A stretch of DNA of 64,000 nt from Eledone cirrhosa (GCA_964016885.1 OZ024754.1:13702001-13766000); one strand, 5' to 3'; shown: positions 13,037 through 26,606, counted from the first letter of the stretch. Notes: generated by a model not told the origin, from the letters alone. Program-made: numbers and translations.

Positions 13037-13231
13037 ATCATCATCATCATCATCATCATAGTTTAACATCCATTTTCCACACTAGCATGGGTTAGATGGT
13101 TTTGTCCCACTTGAGGCGAGATTGGTCGGGTGACCGTGTCTCGCTCGTACAGAACTCCCCCTGGCAGGTTTTCTACGGCTGGATGCCCTTCCTAACACCA
13201 ACCTCATTTACAGTGAGGACTGGGAGCCTTT
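13037..13231 (-). mobile_element. RTE 3' tip
   Basis: (CAT)n plus the reverse complement of the same RTE 3'UTR seen at 8244-8430. Confidence 0.85.
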
Positions 13232-13341
13232 TATATATATATATATTTTATTTATATTATATGCATATATAGATATTATATACATATATATGTTATACAC
13301 ACACACAGATGTATATATATATATGTATGTATGTATGTATA

Positions 13342-13395
<54 letters not shown>

Positions 13396-13563
13396 CAGCA
13401 CCCTCAGTAGTAGCAGCAGTAGTAGTAGCAATAGTAGTAGTAGTAGTAGCAGCAGCCTCAGTAGTAGCAGCAGTAGTAGTAGTAGCAGCAATAGTAGTAG
13501 TAGTAGTAGCAGCAGTAGTAGTAGTAGCAATAGTAGTAGTAGCAGCAGTAGTAGTAGTAGCAA

Positions 13564-13610
<47 letters not shown>

Positions 13611-13701
13611 ATAGTAGTAGCAGCAGCCTCAGTAGTAGCAGCAGTAGTAGTAGTAGCAATAGTAGTAGTAGTAGTAGTAGTAGCAGTAGTAGTAGTAGCA
13701 A

Positions 13702-13737
<36 letters not shown>

Positions 13738-13760
13738 CAGCAGCATCAGTAGTAGCACTA
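13342..13760. repeat. (AGT)n/(AGC)n trinucleotide array
   Basis: Directly visible; source of the poly-L/V/S ORFs. Confidence 0.95.
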
Positions 13761-13984
13761 CTGATGGATTGAGTAATATCACCCTAACCATTCTATCATC
13801 ATTTCCAATCAAAATTCCCTATTGATTCTCCTGTCTGCTAGATCAATGTCAGATCAATGTTAGATCAATGTTAGATCAATGGATAAAGATCAGGATGTCT
13901 TTCAGACGTCATTTCCTCCATTTGTCATCACTTTCTCTCACATGTAGCTTCATTATTGGCCTATTTTCTCATTTTATTATTATT

Positions 13985-14990
13985 TTGGCAGTGTCGGTAG
14001 AGGGTCGGACATGCTTTCCAGCATAGAGTTACGTCCCTTTACGATCTCAGTTCAAATCCCGCCGAGGTTGACTTTGCCTTTCATCCTTACGGGGTCGATA
14101 AAATAAAGTACCAGTAATGTACTGGGTAATTGCTGGCCTTGTGCCTAAAGTAGAAACAATTATTATTTTAGCAGTATCGGTAGAGGGTCGGACATGCTTT
14201 CCAGCATAGAGTTACGTCCCTTTACGATCTCAGTTCAAATCCCGCCGAGGTTAACTTTGCCTTTCATCCTTACGGGGTCGATAAAATAAAGTACCAGTAA
14301 TGCATTGGGCTAATTGCTGGCCTTGTGCCAAAAGTAGAAATAATTATTATTGTTATTATTACTAGCTGGCAAAGGCGGTGGATTGGCAGAATCGGTGAAG
14401 CGTCAGACACCATGCTTTGCAGCATAGAGTTATGGCTCTTTGCGGTCTGAGTTCAAATCCCGCCAAGGTTAACTTTGCCTTTCATCCTTATATGGTCGAT
14501 AAAATAAAGTACCAGTAATACACTGGCATTATTGCGCGGTGGATTGGCAGTATCGGTAGAGGGTCGGATGCTATGCTTTACAGCATAGAGTTACGGCCCT
14601 TTATGGTCTGAGTTCAAATCCCGCCGAAGTTAACTTTGCCTTTCATCCTTACGGGGTCGATAAAATAAAGTACTAGTAATACATTAGGGTAATTGTTGAC
14701 CTAGTGCCAAAAGTAGAAAAAATTATATATTAGTAGATTACACAGAGGGAAACTTCTTTTTCTACTACTACTACTACTACTACTACTAAATTGTTTCATT
14801 GTCCTGTTGTAGCCAAGCCACTACGACCACCATTTATAGTTTGAGTTCAAATCCCGCCGAGAGGTTAACTTTACTTTTCAACCTTTCGAGGTTGATAAAA
14901 TAAAATACCAGTAAAATACTGAGATTGATAAAATCGACTTCCCCTCCCCACAATTCGCTGGCCTTGTGTCTAAATTATAAATCAATATTT
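13985..14990 (+). mobile_element. Cluster of five head-to-tail tRNA-derived SINE copies
   Basis: Repeated GTTCAAATCCCGCC..CTTTGCCTTTCATCCTTACGGGGTCGATAAAATAAAGTACCAGT..GGCCTTGTGCC. Confidence 0.88.
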
Positions 14991-16027
14991 CATCTTATTT
15001 TCTCCCTCCCCCGGGGTTAAATGCATTGAAGAATAAACTATAGAAAACCTGTAGAACTACAGCACTTCTTCTTCCAAGCTACCCCAATAATAACAACAAC
15101 AACAGCAATAAGAAAAGCAACATCAAAGCACAAACTATCATGGAAATATCTGAAATAAAAAATGGCCGCCAAAAATGCCGATTAAAGCAAGAAGGAATAT
15201 TATAATTTAAAAACAACAAAACAACGTCAAAGATGGCGAAATAATAACAACAACAACAATAACAATACAACAACAATCACAAATTCAATACCAGGAAATA
15301 TAAAATGTTTGTTTTTAAGGGAATATTTTCTTCTTACGCTCATGATACGATGTCAGTCTAGTAATTCCTTTGTTGGTTTTCTCTGTTTTCTCTCTGTTTC
15401 CCTTCCTCTACTTTTCTCTCTTCTCTATCTCTTCCGCTAACCCTACTCCCTACACACCCCTCTCTCTCTCTCATTTATCTGTTTGTTTATTGTGTTTTCC
15501 ATCTTCTTTATCAGCTTCCATTGTAAGACAAGTTACTAATGTTAGAAAGGCGGCTGTTTTTAAATTGCTTCTTGGTAAACAACAGCTATAAAACGAAGAT
15601 GGCGGTTGTATATATTCTTCTGCAACGCCTACACTGCCAATGTTCCAATCAAGTCAAGCAAAAGCTCATGTTGGATAATAATATTTTCTTCATTTTACAA
15701 AAAGGCCAGCATGTTTGGGCAATAATAATGATTGACCACAAATTATTGACCAAAATGTTTAGTGCCATGAAAAGGTTTTTACATTGCCAAATATTACATA
15801 TGGTTTTGTGGTAATGCACTGGAGCGTGACAGACTTAAATTCTATAGACTACAAACAGATAAATCTACTAAAAGACACACAGCACACACTAGACAGTAAA
15901 TCTAACACTGCAAGTAGATAAGATGGTAGGAGACTACAGAGTGTCAAGGAACAATATAACAGGACAAGATCGTTTCGTTCACACGTCACAAAATTAATTG
16001 GACATCTCTATGATAGTCATATCTACT

Positions 16028-16800
16028 ATAGGCAAAAGGCCAGAAATGTTTTTGTGCGGGTTAAGTCAATTAATTTAACCCTAGTGCATTACTGGTGCTT
16101 TATTTTATCGATCCCGTAAAGATGAAAGGCAAAGCTAATCTCGGCGAGATTTGAACTCAGAACGTAAAGAGCCATAACTCTATGCTGCAAGGCATGGTGT
16201 CTGACACTCTACCGATACTGCCAATCCACCGTCCTTGACATCTCCGTAATAGTAAACTTCTGTTGCTTGTATGAATGTGTCTTTCTTTGTACCGTACATG
16301 GAACTCAAACAGTCTATTCTACATACACAACAAAAAAAACGAAAAGAAATGCTTAGATTTATGTACTCTCGTTTGTAAAAAAAAAGGTAAACATTTATTT
16401 TATTAATTAATTGTTTCTACTTTTGGCACAAGGCCAGCAATTACTCAGTACATTACTGGTACTTTATCTTTTCGACCCCGTAAGGATGAAAGGCAAAGGT
16501 AATCTCGGCGGGATTAACTTTGCCTTTCATCATTTATTTTATTAATTAATAAAGAACATTTTCCCCCGCCATTACTCATCACCTTCATAAACACAGACAT
16601 ACAACAACTACGGCCAATAATTATAGTTTCTACTTTAGGCACAAGGTCAGCAATATGAAGGGGGGGGGGGGTCGATTAAATCGACCCAGTGTATTACTGG
16701 TACTTTATTTTATCGACCCCCGTAAGGATGAAAGGCAAAGCTAACCTCGGTGAGATTTGAACCCAGAACTAAAACTGCTAAATATTTGTCCAACTCTTTA
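16028..16800 (-). mobile_element. Three SINE copies of the same family on the minus strand
   Basis: TTTTATCGACCCCGTAAGGATGAAAGGCAAAG-like cores near 16105, 16470 and 16710. Confidence 0.85.
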
Positions 16801-17045
16801 ATGACCCAGTCTATCGAATAATAATAATTGTTTTATTTTATTGATAATAAAATTGTCTGGTGATTTTGTATGGTTTGGCCGTTGTTTGTAAACTTCCGGT
16901 ACAAGACATTATCACGTGAGAGTGAGAATTTAAAGGAAATGATTCTTTTAAGGAAGTATTTTAAGATGAATTTAAAACAACAACAACAGTATGTATTTTA
17001 AAGAAATAAACAAATAAGTATTATTGATTTTATTGTTGTTTTTGT

Positions 17046-17084
<39 letters not shown>

Positions 17085-17251
17085 CTCTCTCTTTACCTTT
17101 CTTTTCCTTTCTCTCTACTTCGCATTCACTCTCTCTACATCTCTCTGTCTCTTCCTCCCTCTCTCTCGTCCCCCCTCTCTATCCCCCTCTCTCTCTACCT
17201 CTCCCCGTCTCTTTCCTCTATCTCCAATCCTTTCTACCTCTTTTTCTCTAC

Positions 17252-17325
<74 letters not shown>

Positions 17326-17406
17326 AACTCAGATGTTTCCAGAGAAATCGGAGATGAAATAATTTAATCCAAGACGAAAATATCAACAAAAAATAATAAA
17401 TAAATA

Positions 17407-17437
<31 letters not shown>

Positions 17438-18155
17438 GTAAAAATAAAACAATAATTATGAGAAAATGTTAGTTAAAATATCTGGAATTGTAAATTTCTT
17501 TCAAATTTGCAATTTTTCATTTTATATTAAAATATTTTCAAAACATTGTAAAATTATTGTAAATGATAGAATCAGTTGATAAATTGGCAGAATCGGTAGA
17601 GTGTCAAACAAAAGACCACCTCTTTATATGTTCTGCTAGTTCTGTCAGCGTTAGAGTAGAGGTCAAAAGACCAGATATGTCGTGGTCGTGGTGGTGGTGG
17701 TGGTGGTGGTGGTGGTGGAGATGATGGTAGTGGTGGTGGTGGTGGTGGTGGTGGTAGCAGTGGGGGATGGTAGGGAGGGAGGGTGGTGGTGATGGTGGTG
17801 GTAGTAGTGAGGCTGGTGGCGATGATGGTGATGATGGTGGCGGTGATGATGGTAGTGGTGCTGGCGATGACGGTGATGATGGTGGCGGCGGTGGTGGTGG
17901 TGATGATGGTGGTGGTGGTAATAATGGTGGCGGGTGGTGGTAATGATAGTGGTGATGATGATGATGATGCGTGGGGTGTTGCTGATAGTGATGATGATGA
18001 TGACGACGACGACGACGTTTACTTTAATACTTGTTCGTAACTCAGTAATTCACTAATGACGTCAGTCAACTGAATGTATGCTTCGTAAAAAGAGTGGCGA
18101 CCCAGTGAACATTATGTTTTTTTTATTTTTATTTTGGTCATCTATCACAAATACA

Positions 18156-19489
18156 TGTTAACTAGTTATGTTAGATATATTACCTCTGGTCCGCCATCTT
18201 TGCCAAACAAAATGACGCTGTGTTGTCTATTCAAGCATAAATTAAATGTTGAAGAGTTTGCAGTTCGTTCACGTAGCAAGCAAAGTCTCTTCGAGCAAGC
18301 AGATAGAAAGCCAACAAAAACAATATGGAAGCCATAAAAGAACATCCGGGTGGCTATCGTTGGTAGCGAAGTGATTGGTAGTGTCAGTAGTATGTATGTC
18401 ACTTGGATACAGATTAAGCATTGGTGAACTTCGGTTGGGGTCACGTGGATTAGGGTGTATACTGTAAGAGCCAAAACAATGAGTGACTTCAGGATACAGC
18501 ACTGATAATGTGAATATTTACATACACATATCCTAACACGTATGCAGACATAGAAACCTAAACAGGTTTGTATACCTCTGAATGGTCTGTAGTAGTAGGT
18601 TGACGCTGTAGTCGTGAGTCTGAGACCATAGTGAGTGAGGGAGAGAGAGTAATGGTTTGTATACCTCTGAATGGTCTGAAGTAGTTGGTTGACGCTGTAG
18701 TCGTGAGTCTGAGACCATAGTGAGTGAGGGAGAGAGAGTAATGGTTTGTATACCTCTGAATGGTCTGTAGTTGTAGGTTGACGTAGTCGTGAGTCTGAGA
18801 CCATAGTGAGTGAGAGTGAGAGAGTAATGGTTTGTATACCTCTGAATGGTCTGTAGTTGTAGGTTGACGCTGTAGTCGTGAGTCTGAGACCATAGTGAGT
18901 GAGGGAGAGAGAGTAATGGTTTGTATACCTCTGAATGGTCTGTAGTAGTAGGTTGACGCTGTAGTCGTGAGTCTGAGACCATAGTGAGTGAGGGAGAGAG
19001 AGTAATGGTTTGTATACCTCTGAATGGTCTGTAGTAGTAGGTTGACGCTGTAGTCGTGAGTCTGAGACCATAGTGAGTGAGGGAGAGAGAGTAATGGTTT
19101 GTATACCTCTGAATGGTCTGTAGTAGTAGGTTGACGTTGTAGTCGTGAGTCTATTCTCTCTGTATTTCTGTAGACCACTGGGGTCTGTTGATAGCGGTGA
19201 TGCTTTACATAGCTTGTTGTAATTCGTAGTGCTCCGATGTCTCTGTGTTTCTGTAGACCTCAAGGGCCTGAAGATAGAGGTGAATCTTTACATTAGTTAG
19301 TTGCTAGCGTAATGCTCCGGTCTTTCTGTTCAAGGTGGGAAAATATAGGCTTTATATACCTGTCGCTTTCTGCCTCCCACCTTTAGGCGATAGCCAACGC
19401 ATCAACCTGTTCACACCAAAAGGGTGGTGGCCTAGAATTTGACCTTTAGGTGTCCCACAAGGTTCAAAGCGTGGACAGATCTTGCTACA
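18156..19489 (-). mobile_element. Possible solo LTR containing an internal 89-bp tandem repeat
   Basis: Minus strand starts TGTAGC at 19489, has TATATAAA near 19351-19358 and ends ..TAACA at 18169 or 18156; higher GC than flanks; TSD not resolved. Confidence 0.4.
18565..19153. repeat. 89-bp minisatellite, about 6.6 copies
   Basis: GGTTTGTATACCTC at 18565, 18654, 18743, 18829, 18918, 19007 and 19096. Confidence 0.93.
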
Positions 19490-19568
19490 TATATATATAT
19501 ATATATATATAATATGGATCTAGCTACTCAAACGGTAGGAACTCAGCTGTCGGGGTACCCAATTTTTT

Positions 19569-19610
<42 letters not shown>

Positions 19611-19616
<6 letters not shown>

Positions 19617-19835
19617 TAATCGAGTATCGAAAAATCGGCACACGAGTTCACGATAAACAAATTCGACATGAGTGGCAGAGGGCTCAATAATTCAGATAAA
19701 TCAGAGCTATAACTATCGTTAAAATACCAACACACAAAGATTATGTCTAAAATCACCCATACGACCGAAAATTTACGATCAGGAAGATTCGGGTCACTCA
19801 GATAAAATATCAATAAATCAATAAATCATATGAAT
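19611..19835 (+). mobile_element. Isolated copy of the segment found just upstream of the PLE RT at 27141, between (TA)n tracts
   Basis: Clear similarity to 27141-27370 (AGAATAATCGAG..GAGCTATAACTATCGTTAAAATACCAACAC..GGAAGATTCGGGTCACTC). Confidence 0.75.
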
Positions 19836-19845
19836 GATATATATA

Positions 19846-20031
19846 TAGGAAAAGAGTCAGGACCCCGACTGCTGAGTTCCGACCGTTTCGACAGTTCGGA
19901 TCTAACTGTCGAAACGGCCGGAGCTCAGCCGTCGGGGTCCTGACTCTTTTCCTATTACCCACTTTACTACCCTAAGTATCGAGTTCTCTGGTGCGTTATG
20001 GTCCACCTGGTTCCTTACCACAATTTCTTTG

Positions 20032-20033
<2 letters not shown>
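19846..20033. mobile_element. Short fold-back element between (TA)n tracts
   Basis: Arms about 19846-19896 and 19904-19954 plus a tail; tail homologous to 61308-61386. Confidence 0.7.
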
Positions 20034-20104
<71 letters not shown>

Positions 20105-20219
20105 GATGAAATACTGGTGTTGGTACCAAATAAAGCACCCTATGCACAGGCAGAGAGTATATAATAGAAAAAACGAGGAAGTTTCGTTTACATATGAAAA
20201 ATATTTATTACGTATCGAC

Positions 20220-20305
20220 CTGTTACGCGCGTTTCGCAGAAGATTGGCTCAAGGTGACCTATAGAAGTTATGGATCCGACTCCAGTATCGATCTGCTCCT
20301 CTAAC
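20220..20305 (-). ncRNA. Degenerate hammerhead motif, relative of 36728-36808
   Basis: Minus strand: TAGAGGA (mutated core), stem II GCAGA/TCTGC, GAAAC-GCGC-GT-A. Confidence 0.4.
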
Positions 20306-20895
20306 TGGTGATTTGTGTGTGTGACTTACTGTATTATCATAATACATACAGTATGTGGTGGTGATGGGAATGTATGTATGTGTATGTATGTTTTTTAACG
20401 TATGTATCTATTTTTGTACGTGTGTGTGTTTGTGTGTATCTATGTTTTTATGTATATGAATATATATATTTATTGTGTGTATGTATGCGTGTGCGAGTGT
20501 GTGAATGTTTAAGTGTGTGTGTGAGTGTGTGTGCGCGTGCATGTGTGTGTGAGTGTGTGAACATGTCTGTGAGTTACTATGTGATTAAGATACATACAGT
20601 ATGTGCATAAGTGAAAAAGTCACGACGTAGTCGTCTCGTGGAAGTTCGCCATTTTAGCAGTGAAACTCAATGAAGCTATTACAGCTAATTAAGGCAATAA
20701 GTCATTAAATGGACGGCCAACCAATTCACAGCAGTTTGATAGTTCCATTGAAATTACTTAGAGAAGAATCGATCTAGGTGTCTGATCTGAAGGTTATAAA
20801 TGAATTAAGGTAATGGGGGTTACATTTATAGCAAAACCTGTTCTGTGTTTGCTGTCTTTAAAGAAGCACACACACACACTCTCATACACACACTG

Positions 20896-20990
<95 letters not shown>

Positions 20991-21054
20991 AGTATATATT
21001 TGCAGTTAGAGAGACAGTGAAAAAGAAATAGATTTATTCACACACACAAATAGT

Positions 21055-21144
<90 letters not shown>

Positions 21145-21400
21145 GGTGTGGAATGAGGGAGGGAGTATGTTGTTACTCGAGTGGCTAAGCATGATCAATG
21201 GATTAGATGTTTATTCTATAGACACAGTCTATAAATATGAATTAGATACTGTCTGTAAATTCTCATTATATAGACACAGTGTGTAGATATTGACTGGATG
21301 GTTACACACATTCTATAGATGTCGGCAGGAGAGACACTGTGTATAGCTGTTCAATGCTTAGACGAAATGTGTGGTTCTAACTTTGTTAGAAACATTTTAG

Positions 21401-21800
21401 TGGATGCAGTATTGTTAAATGGTTAAAGAGTTAGTTTCGCACAATCGTTAGGCCCCAGGTTTGATCTATCTCTTCTCGCAATGGTTCTACAAATATTTCT
21501 TACATTCCATTCTGCACCATCACAGGGTTGTCTATGTTTTCCATCATGGATGCAGTATAGTTAAATGGTTAAAGAGTTAGTTTCGCACAATCGTTAGGCC
21601 CCAGGTTTGATCTATCTCTTCTCGCAATGGTTCTACAAATATTTCTTACATTCCATTCTGCACCATCACAGGGTTGTCTATATTTTCCATCATGGATGCA
21701 GTATTGTTAAATGGTTAAAGAGTTAGCTTCGCAAGCATTAGGTCCCGGTTTCAACCTCACCGTGTGGTATCTAGGGCAAATGTCATTTACCATAGTTTCG
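21401..21800 (+). repeat. About 147-bp tandem triplication of a degenerate SINE head
   Basis: TGGATGCAGTAT(T/A)GTTAAATGGTTAAAGAGTTAG at 21401, 21547 and 21694. Confidence 0.75.
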
Positions 21801-22091
21801 GATGAAATAGGTTTTTAAAGAATTATATATGATTATTAGTTTTGATATTAATGTTAATGATAAAGAATAAATTATATATATATATATTAGTAAAAAGGAA
21901 AAGAAAATGCTGACAAATTTTTCCCAGTGAAAAATAGTTTAATTAGGAATAAGTAAAAATTAGTAATAAGTATTGGTTAGTATTCAGTTTTGGTTTTAAG
22001 TTTTTACCGGTTGCGCATTTCTAATGCTTTTCAAAAATAATTTTGAGATTTAGCGCTCGTGATGTTTGCTCTAATCTCTCTCTTTCTCTCG

Positions 22092-22170
<79 letters not shown>

Positions 22171-22219
22171 AAGAGAGAGAGAGAGAGAGAGACAGATGTT
22201 TGTGTGTGTGTATATAAAG

Positions 22220-22259
<40 letters not shown>

Positions 22260-22322
22260 ATATATGTATATATATATGTATGTATGTATATATGTATGTA
22301 TATATGTATGTATATATATTAT

Positions 22323-22932
22323 GTCAGGTCACCAGTTGGTTCTACTGGTAACATGTATCCCAGTACAACCTGTCTCATGGTCGGGTCGTTGGCGACTAAA
22401 CTGGCAACCCCACCAACGTTTCTTGGTGAGGAGAGGGACTTTGGACATCCTGCAGGACTAAAAACAAAACCTGTCAAAGGGCAAAGGAGCTCTTAAGAGT
22501 CAATGGCCATCCAAAATCACCGGGAGCGATGACCCCTTAGCCTTTCTCAAGGCAGAATTCTAGGAGAAGGAAAACTCTGATATAACACCTGCAACTCTGA
22601 TGGTATCCAATGATGTTGACTTGTTCTTCTTTTTGGTAAATATCATCTTGGTTAAGAGAGTGGGACTGGCTTTGTGCAGTGCCTTTACTCACTATAAAAG
22701 CTTCACGGCACAGGCATTTCTTTATATCTGGAGATCTCTCTACACTTGTCGTCACATGGTACCAAGGGCCCAGCACTATGTGTCAATAATTGTCACAAGT
22801 GTAGTGTTTGTACCAGAGTTTTCAAGTCGCTGGCTGGACTAAAAAGTCACACTCGTTCAGCGCATCAGTAGGGGTTCTCCTACATGGATATAAAGTAGTG
22901 GCCGTACTCGAAAACGAATTGGCAGCCACCAA
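22323..22932 (+). mobile_element. Non-autonomous bipartite RTE derivative (5'UTR joined to 3' end) in (TATG)n
   Basis: RTE 5'UTR-like motif CTAGGAGAAGGAAAACTCTGA; 3' part encodes C2H2 finger [22 protein letters not shown] followed by a stop; near-identical minus copy at 38546-39153. Confidence 0.75.
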
Positions 22933-23011
22933 GTATGTATGTATGTATGTATATATATATGTATGTATGTGTATATATATGTATGTATGTATATATATAT
23001 ATATATATATG

Positions 23012-23094
<83 letters not shown>

Positions 23095-23404
23095 GTATGT
23101 ATATATATATATACTATAAAGTATGCCCATAGAATCATTTGATAAGATATATACACCATTTCCTCTCCCAATTTGCATAATCAACCACACAAAAAAAACC
23201 CAATTAAACCAGGCTATAAGATTAAAAGGCACCTCTGAAAAAATAATAGATAAATAAACGACAGCCATCTATTCGCGATCAACAGCTATAGAATATTTAC
23301 CCACCACTTCAATACGACGTGGAAATCGATTAAATATATCGTCAACCATACACAATTAGGTATAAAATTAAAGTTAGAAGAAAAAATGTATATAAACATA
23401 CCAG

Positions 23405-23465
<61 letters not shown>

Positions 23466-23473
23466 ATATATGT

Positions 23474-23528
<55 letters not shown>

Positions 23529-23837
23529 GAAGAGAATTATTGACGCTGGTACTATGTCTGTATTTTAAAAAATGTAACACGTGCGACGGGTCATTCGCAT
23601 ATTTGCATTTGCTGTGTAAACACAGATAGTTAAATCTTCTCCCTTGTTGAAAATTCGATATTTGACTACTGTGATTTTACGGATTAATGGTGAAATGTAT
23701 GGTACAAATGCAGACACTCCTAGTATTCAAGGTTCATTAATTATAGGTAAACAAAGCGTTTTCATTAAGTGGCTGTATTAGCATGTTCTGTTAAAGTCTG
23801 AAAAAATGGTCAGGTGTTTACAATCACACACACACAG

Positions 23838-23930
<93 letters not shown>

Positions 23931-24148
23931 AGTGGAAGCTTAGTAAAATCGAAGTTTTGGTTGTGGCCAAGCTAACGACCTACAATTAGGAATGACAGCT
24001 TGACAAATTGAAAATTGCGGCAGGTAGACCTAGCCACACAATACCAAAAACAACAAAAAAAACTAATCAGGTTAGACATATATATATATATATATATATA
24101 GTATTAAAAAAACGAAAAATCAGTGATGCATCTGGACTCAGTTTATTG

Positions 24149-24262
24149 CGTGTTACAATTGTTTCGCCGGCAGGTAGCTCGAGACATGATCACTGTATGG
24201 ATCTGGCTGATTCTACGGCTGCAGGTTCCTTCGGACACGGGTAGTTCGTGTCCGAAGGAACC
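24149..24262 (-). ncRNA. Degenerate hammerhead with a perfect 16-bp fold-back at its 5' side
   Basis: Minus strand: stem I CGTGT/ACACG, core CCGAAGG, GAAAC-AATT-GT-A; hairpin GGTTCCTTCGGACACG/CGTGTCCGAAGGAACC at 24224-24262. Confidence 0.45.
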
Positions 24263-24314
24263 GCCTGCAGCAAGTATACACAAGTATATAAACTTTAATC
24301 TGTTATTTTAATAA

Positions 24315-24408
<94 letters not shown>

Positions 24409-24539
24409 TAAAAATGTTAAAGGTAATCCGATAAGAGTCTGCGAAAACAACGTCTCATGGACAGCTTAAGCACACGGTATTGATGTAGTAGTTTGAATTT
24501 TTAAGTTTACCGTTACGCATATATTTTATATTTATTAAG

Positions 24540-24645
24540 AGTTTCTGATGAAATGGTTTGATTTAAATGTATTGTAAGTTGAATTGTACTTCTCCAGTAT
24601 TTAGCAATTTATAGACAATTCTACCATGGAAACAATTGTAAGACT
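24540..24645 (+). ncRNA. Hammerhead ribozyme, type I, with long stem II insert
   Basis: Stem I AGTTT/AGACT, CTGATGA at 24545, stem II ATGGT/ACCAT, GAAAC-AATT-GT-A (GUA site). Confidence 0.72.
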
Positions 24646-24690
24646 ATAATTAAATACTCTTGTTTGTTTTGTCAACCATGTTATTCTTAA

Positions 24691-24786
<96 letters not shown>

Positions 24787-24799
24787 TGCACACACACAC

Positions 24800-24832
<33 letters not shown>

Positions 24833-24919
24833 CACACACTCACACATACACATACATATGTATATACATATATACACATTCTTGTGTAGAATATGTACTT
24901 GGTATATATACACAAGTGA

Positions 24920-25036
24920 AGGCATGTGGCTGAGTGGTTAGAGAATTGGATTCGCAATCGTAAGGTTGTGAGTTCGATTCCTGGACCAGGCGATGCGTTA
25001 TGTCCTTGAGCAAGACACTTTATTTCACGTTGCTCC
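24920..25036 (+). mobile_element. tRNA-derived CORE-type SINE fragment
   Basis: A-box TGGCTGAGTGG, B-box GTTCGATTCC, CORE-like TGTCCTTGAGCAAGACACTT. Confidence 0.75.
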
Positions 25037-25416
25037 TTCTACCGATAAATAGTATTAACAATTGGAAAGACCAACGGAAACATTGTTCCCTCGGTCCGAT
25101 TTGACGAAAGTCGATCGTTCCTTAAAAATATATACACAATATACCGATATACAGCTCCTTCCTTCTCAATATAAACACATATGGATATAAACAAATGTAT
25201 ACATACATATACAAACAAACATATACACACATCCATACATATACCCATAGACAGATATATATATACACACATGTATATTTTCAGAGATGAGGCCCCCGAG
25301 GGAGTGTGGTGCTAAGCTATAACTAATAGGTAAGTCCAGCACTACATACGATTGACTGAACTGTGGAATTTACTCTTACTACACAATCTCGTACCATGCA
25401 AAATATATATATATAT

Positions 25417-25868
25417 GAAAGGAGGAGGTTATAGTTCACTTGAAGCATTGTGTAATGAGGTATAAACGTTAGAATATGTGTAATAAGGCCAAGACAATGC
25501 AGGTATGGACATAGAAAAAAGAATGCAATAGTGAAAGATATTGATGTGAATTCGTCTTTCACCTTGAATTTATTTAAATGTCTTTAATTTTCGAGATAAT
25601 ATCTCTTCTTCGGAGGGAAGTAAAGGTCTCAGACCAGCGTCTTTAAATCTCTAATGAAGCCATGCATGGCTTCATTAGAGATTTAAAGACGCTGGTCTGA
25701 GACCTTTACTTCCCTCCGAAGAAGAGATATTATCTCGAAAATTAAAGACATTTAAATAAATTCAAGGTGAAAGACGAATTCACATCAATATCTTTCACTA
25801 TTGCATTCTTTTTTCTATGTCCATACCTGCATTGTCTTGGCCTTATTACACATATTCTAACGTTTATA
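25417..25868. mobile_element. Apparently perfect spacerless palindrome of about 400 bp between (TA)n tracts
   Basis: Arms about 25461-25664 and 25665-25868 centred on GCCATG|CATGGC; each arm has an HHR-like CCGAAGA-A-GAGAT/ATCTC-GAAA. Confidence 0.8.
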
Positions 25869-25882
25869 TATATATATATATA

Positions 25883-26205
25883 CGATATTAATAAATGGAA
25901 ACTATATTTATAAAACCATATTTATTTCATTATACATATTTCAGGGATACCAAATTAAATTATGGTATGCCTTCATCAGACAAAATACAATATATAACAG
26001 TTTTACAAATAAAAAATTGTCTGATGAAGGCATACCATAATTTAATTTGGTATCCCTGAAATATGTATAATGAAATAAATATGGTTTTATAAATATAGTT
26101 TCCATTTATTAATATCGTATATCTATTCCAAATACTTGTCGAGTGCTTTATATCAGTTATAAAAATATTTACTTGTTGTATCCCAACAATTTTAAATAGA
26201 ACTTT

Positions 26206-26208
<3 letters not shown>
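25883..26208. mobile_element. Fold-back PLE 3'-end remnant with hammerhead (26016-26071, + strand)
   Basis: Arms about 25883-25983 and 26017-26118; CTGATGA at 26021, stem II AGGCATACCA/TGGTATCCCT, GAAA at 26058; homologous to 4500-4935. Confidence 0.78.
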
Positions 26209-26275
<67 letters not shown>

Positions 26276-26606
26276 TTGTTTCGACGTTTATCATAATTGT
26301 TTATTTGGTTGGATAATCTGTTTTCTAGAACATTCGCCTTGGGATCTCGGGAACAACTGAAGCGGGAAGTTCGTACTTCGAGCTATCAAAAGTAAAATAA
26401 ACAATAGATTGCCTTCTGTTTGTTTTGCTGAAACTTTAACTTTGGTAGGAAAATGTGTGTGCGTGTGTGTCTGTGTGTGAGGGTGGGGGTGGGGTGGGGG
26501 TTCATATTTGAATATTAAGCATATAGCTCGGCTCTATTCAACCTAAACAATCTATGTATAGTACGAAACAATCCGCAAAATAAATAAATACATAAATAAA
26601 TATATG

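Noticed and set aside
13276-13825. Poly-L/V/S ORFs, and all YI, VC, HT and poly-P/T/H ORFs in the window
   Set aside because: Microsatellite translations
13838-13882. Four AGATCAATG repeats as a TCF/Sox site cluster
   Set aside because: Explained equally well by an 11-bp slippage repeat; mismatch to the AGATCAAAG consensus
22323-22412. HDV-like or twister ribozyme at the 5' end of the RTE derivative
   Set aside because: Several helices exist (CCAGT/ACTGG, GTCG/CGAC), but I could not assemble the full HDV or twister topology by eye; needs a descriptor search
24920-24992. tRNA gene
   Set aside because: Runs directly into a CORE-like SINE body and the cloverleaf is imperfect
25060-25100. GAAACATTGTT as a hammerhead 3' half
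   Set aside because: No acceptable CUGANGA core or stem I upstream
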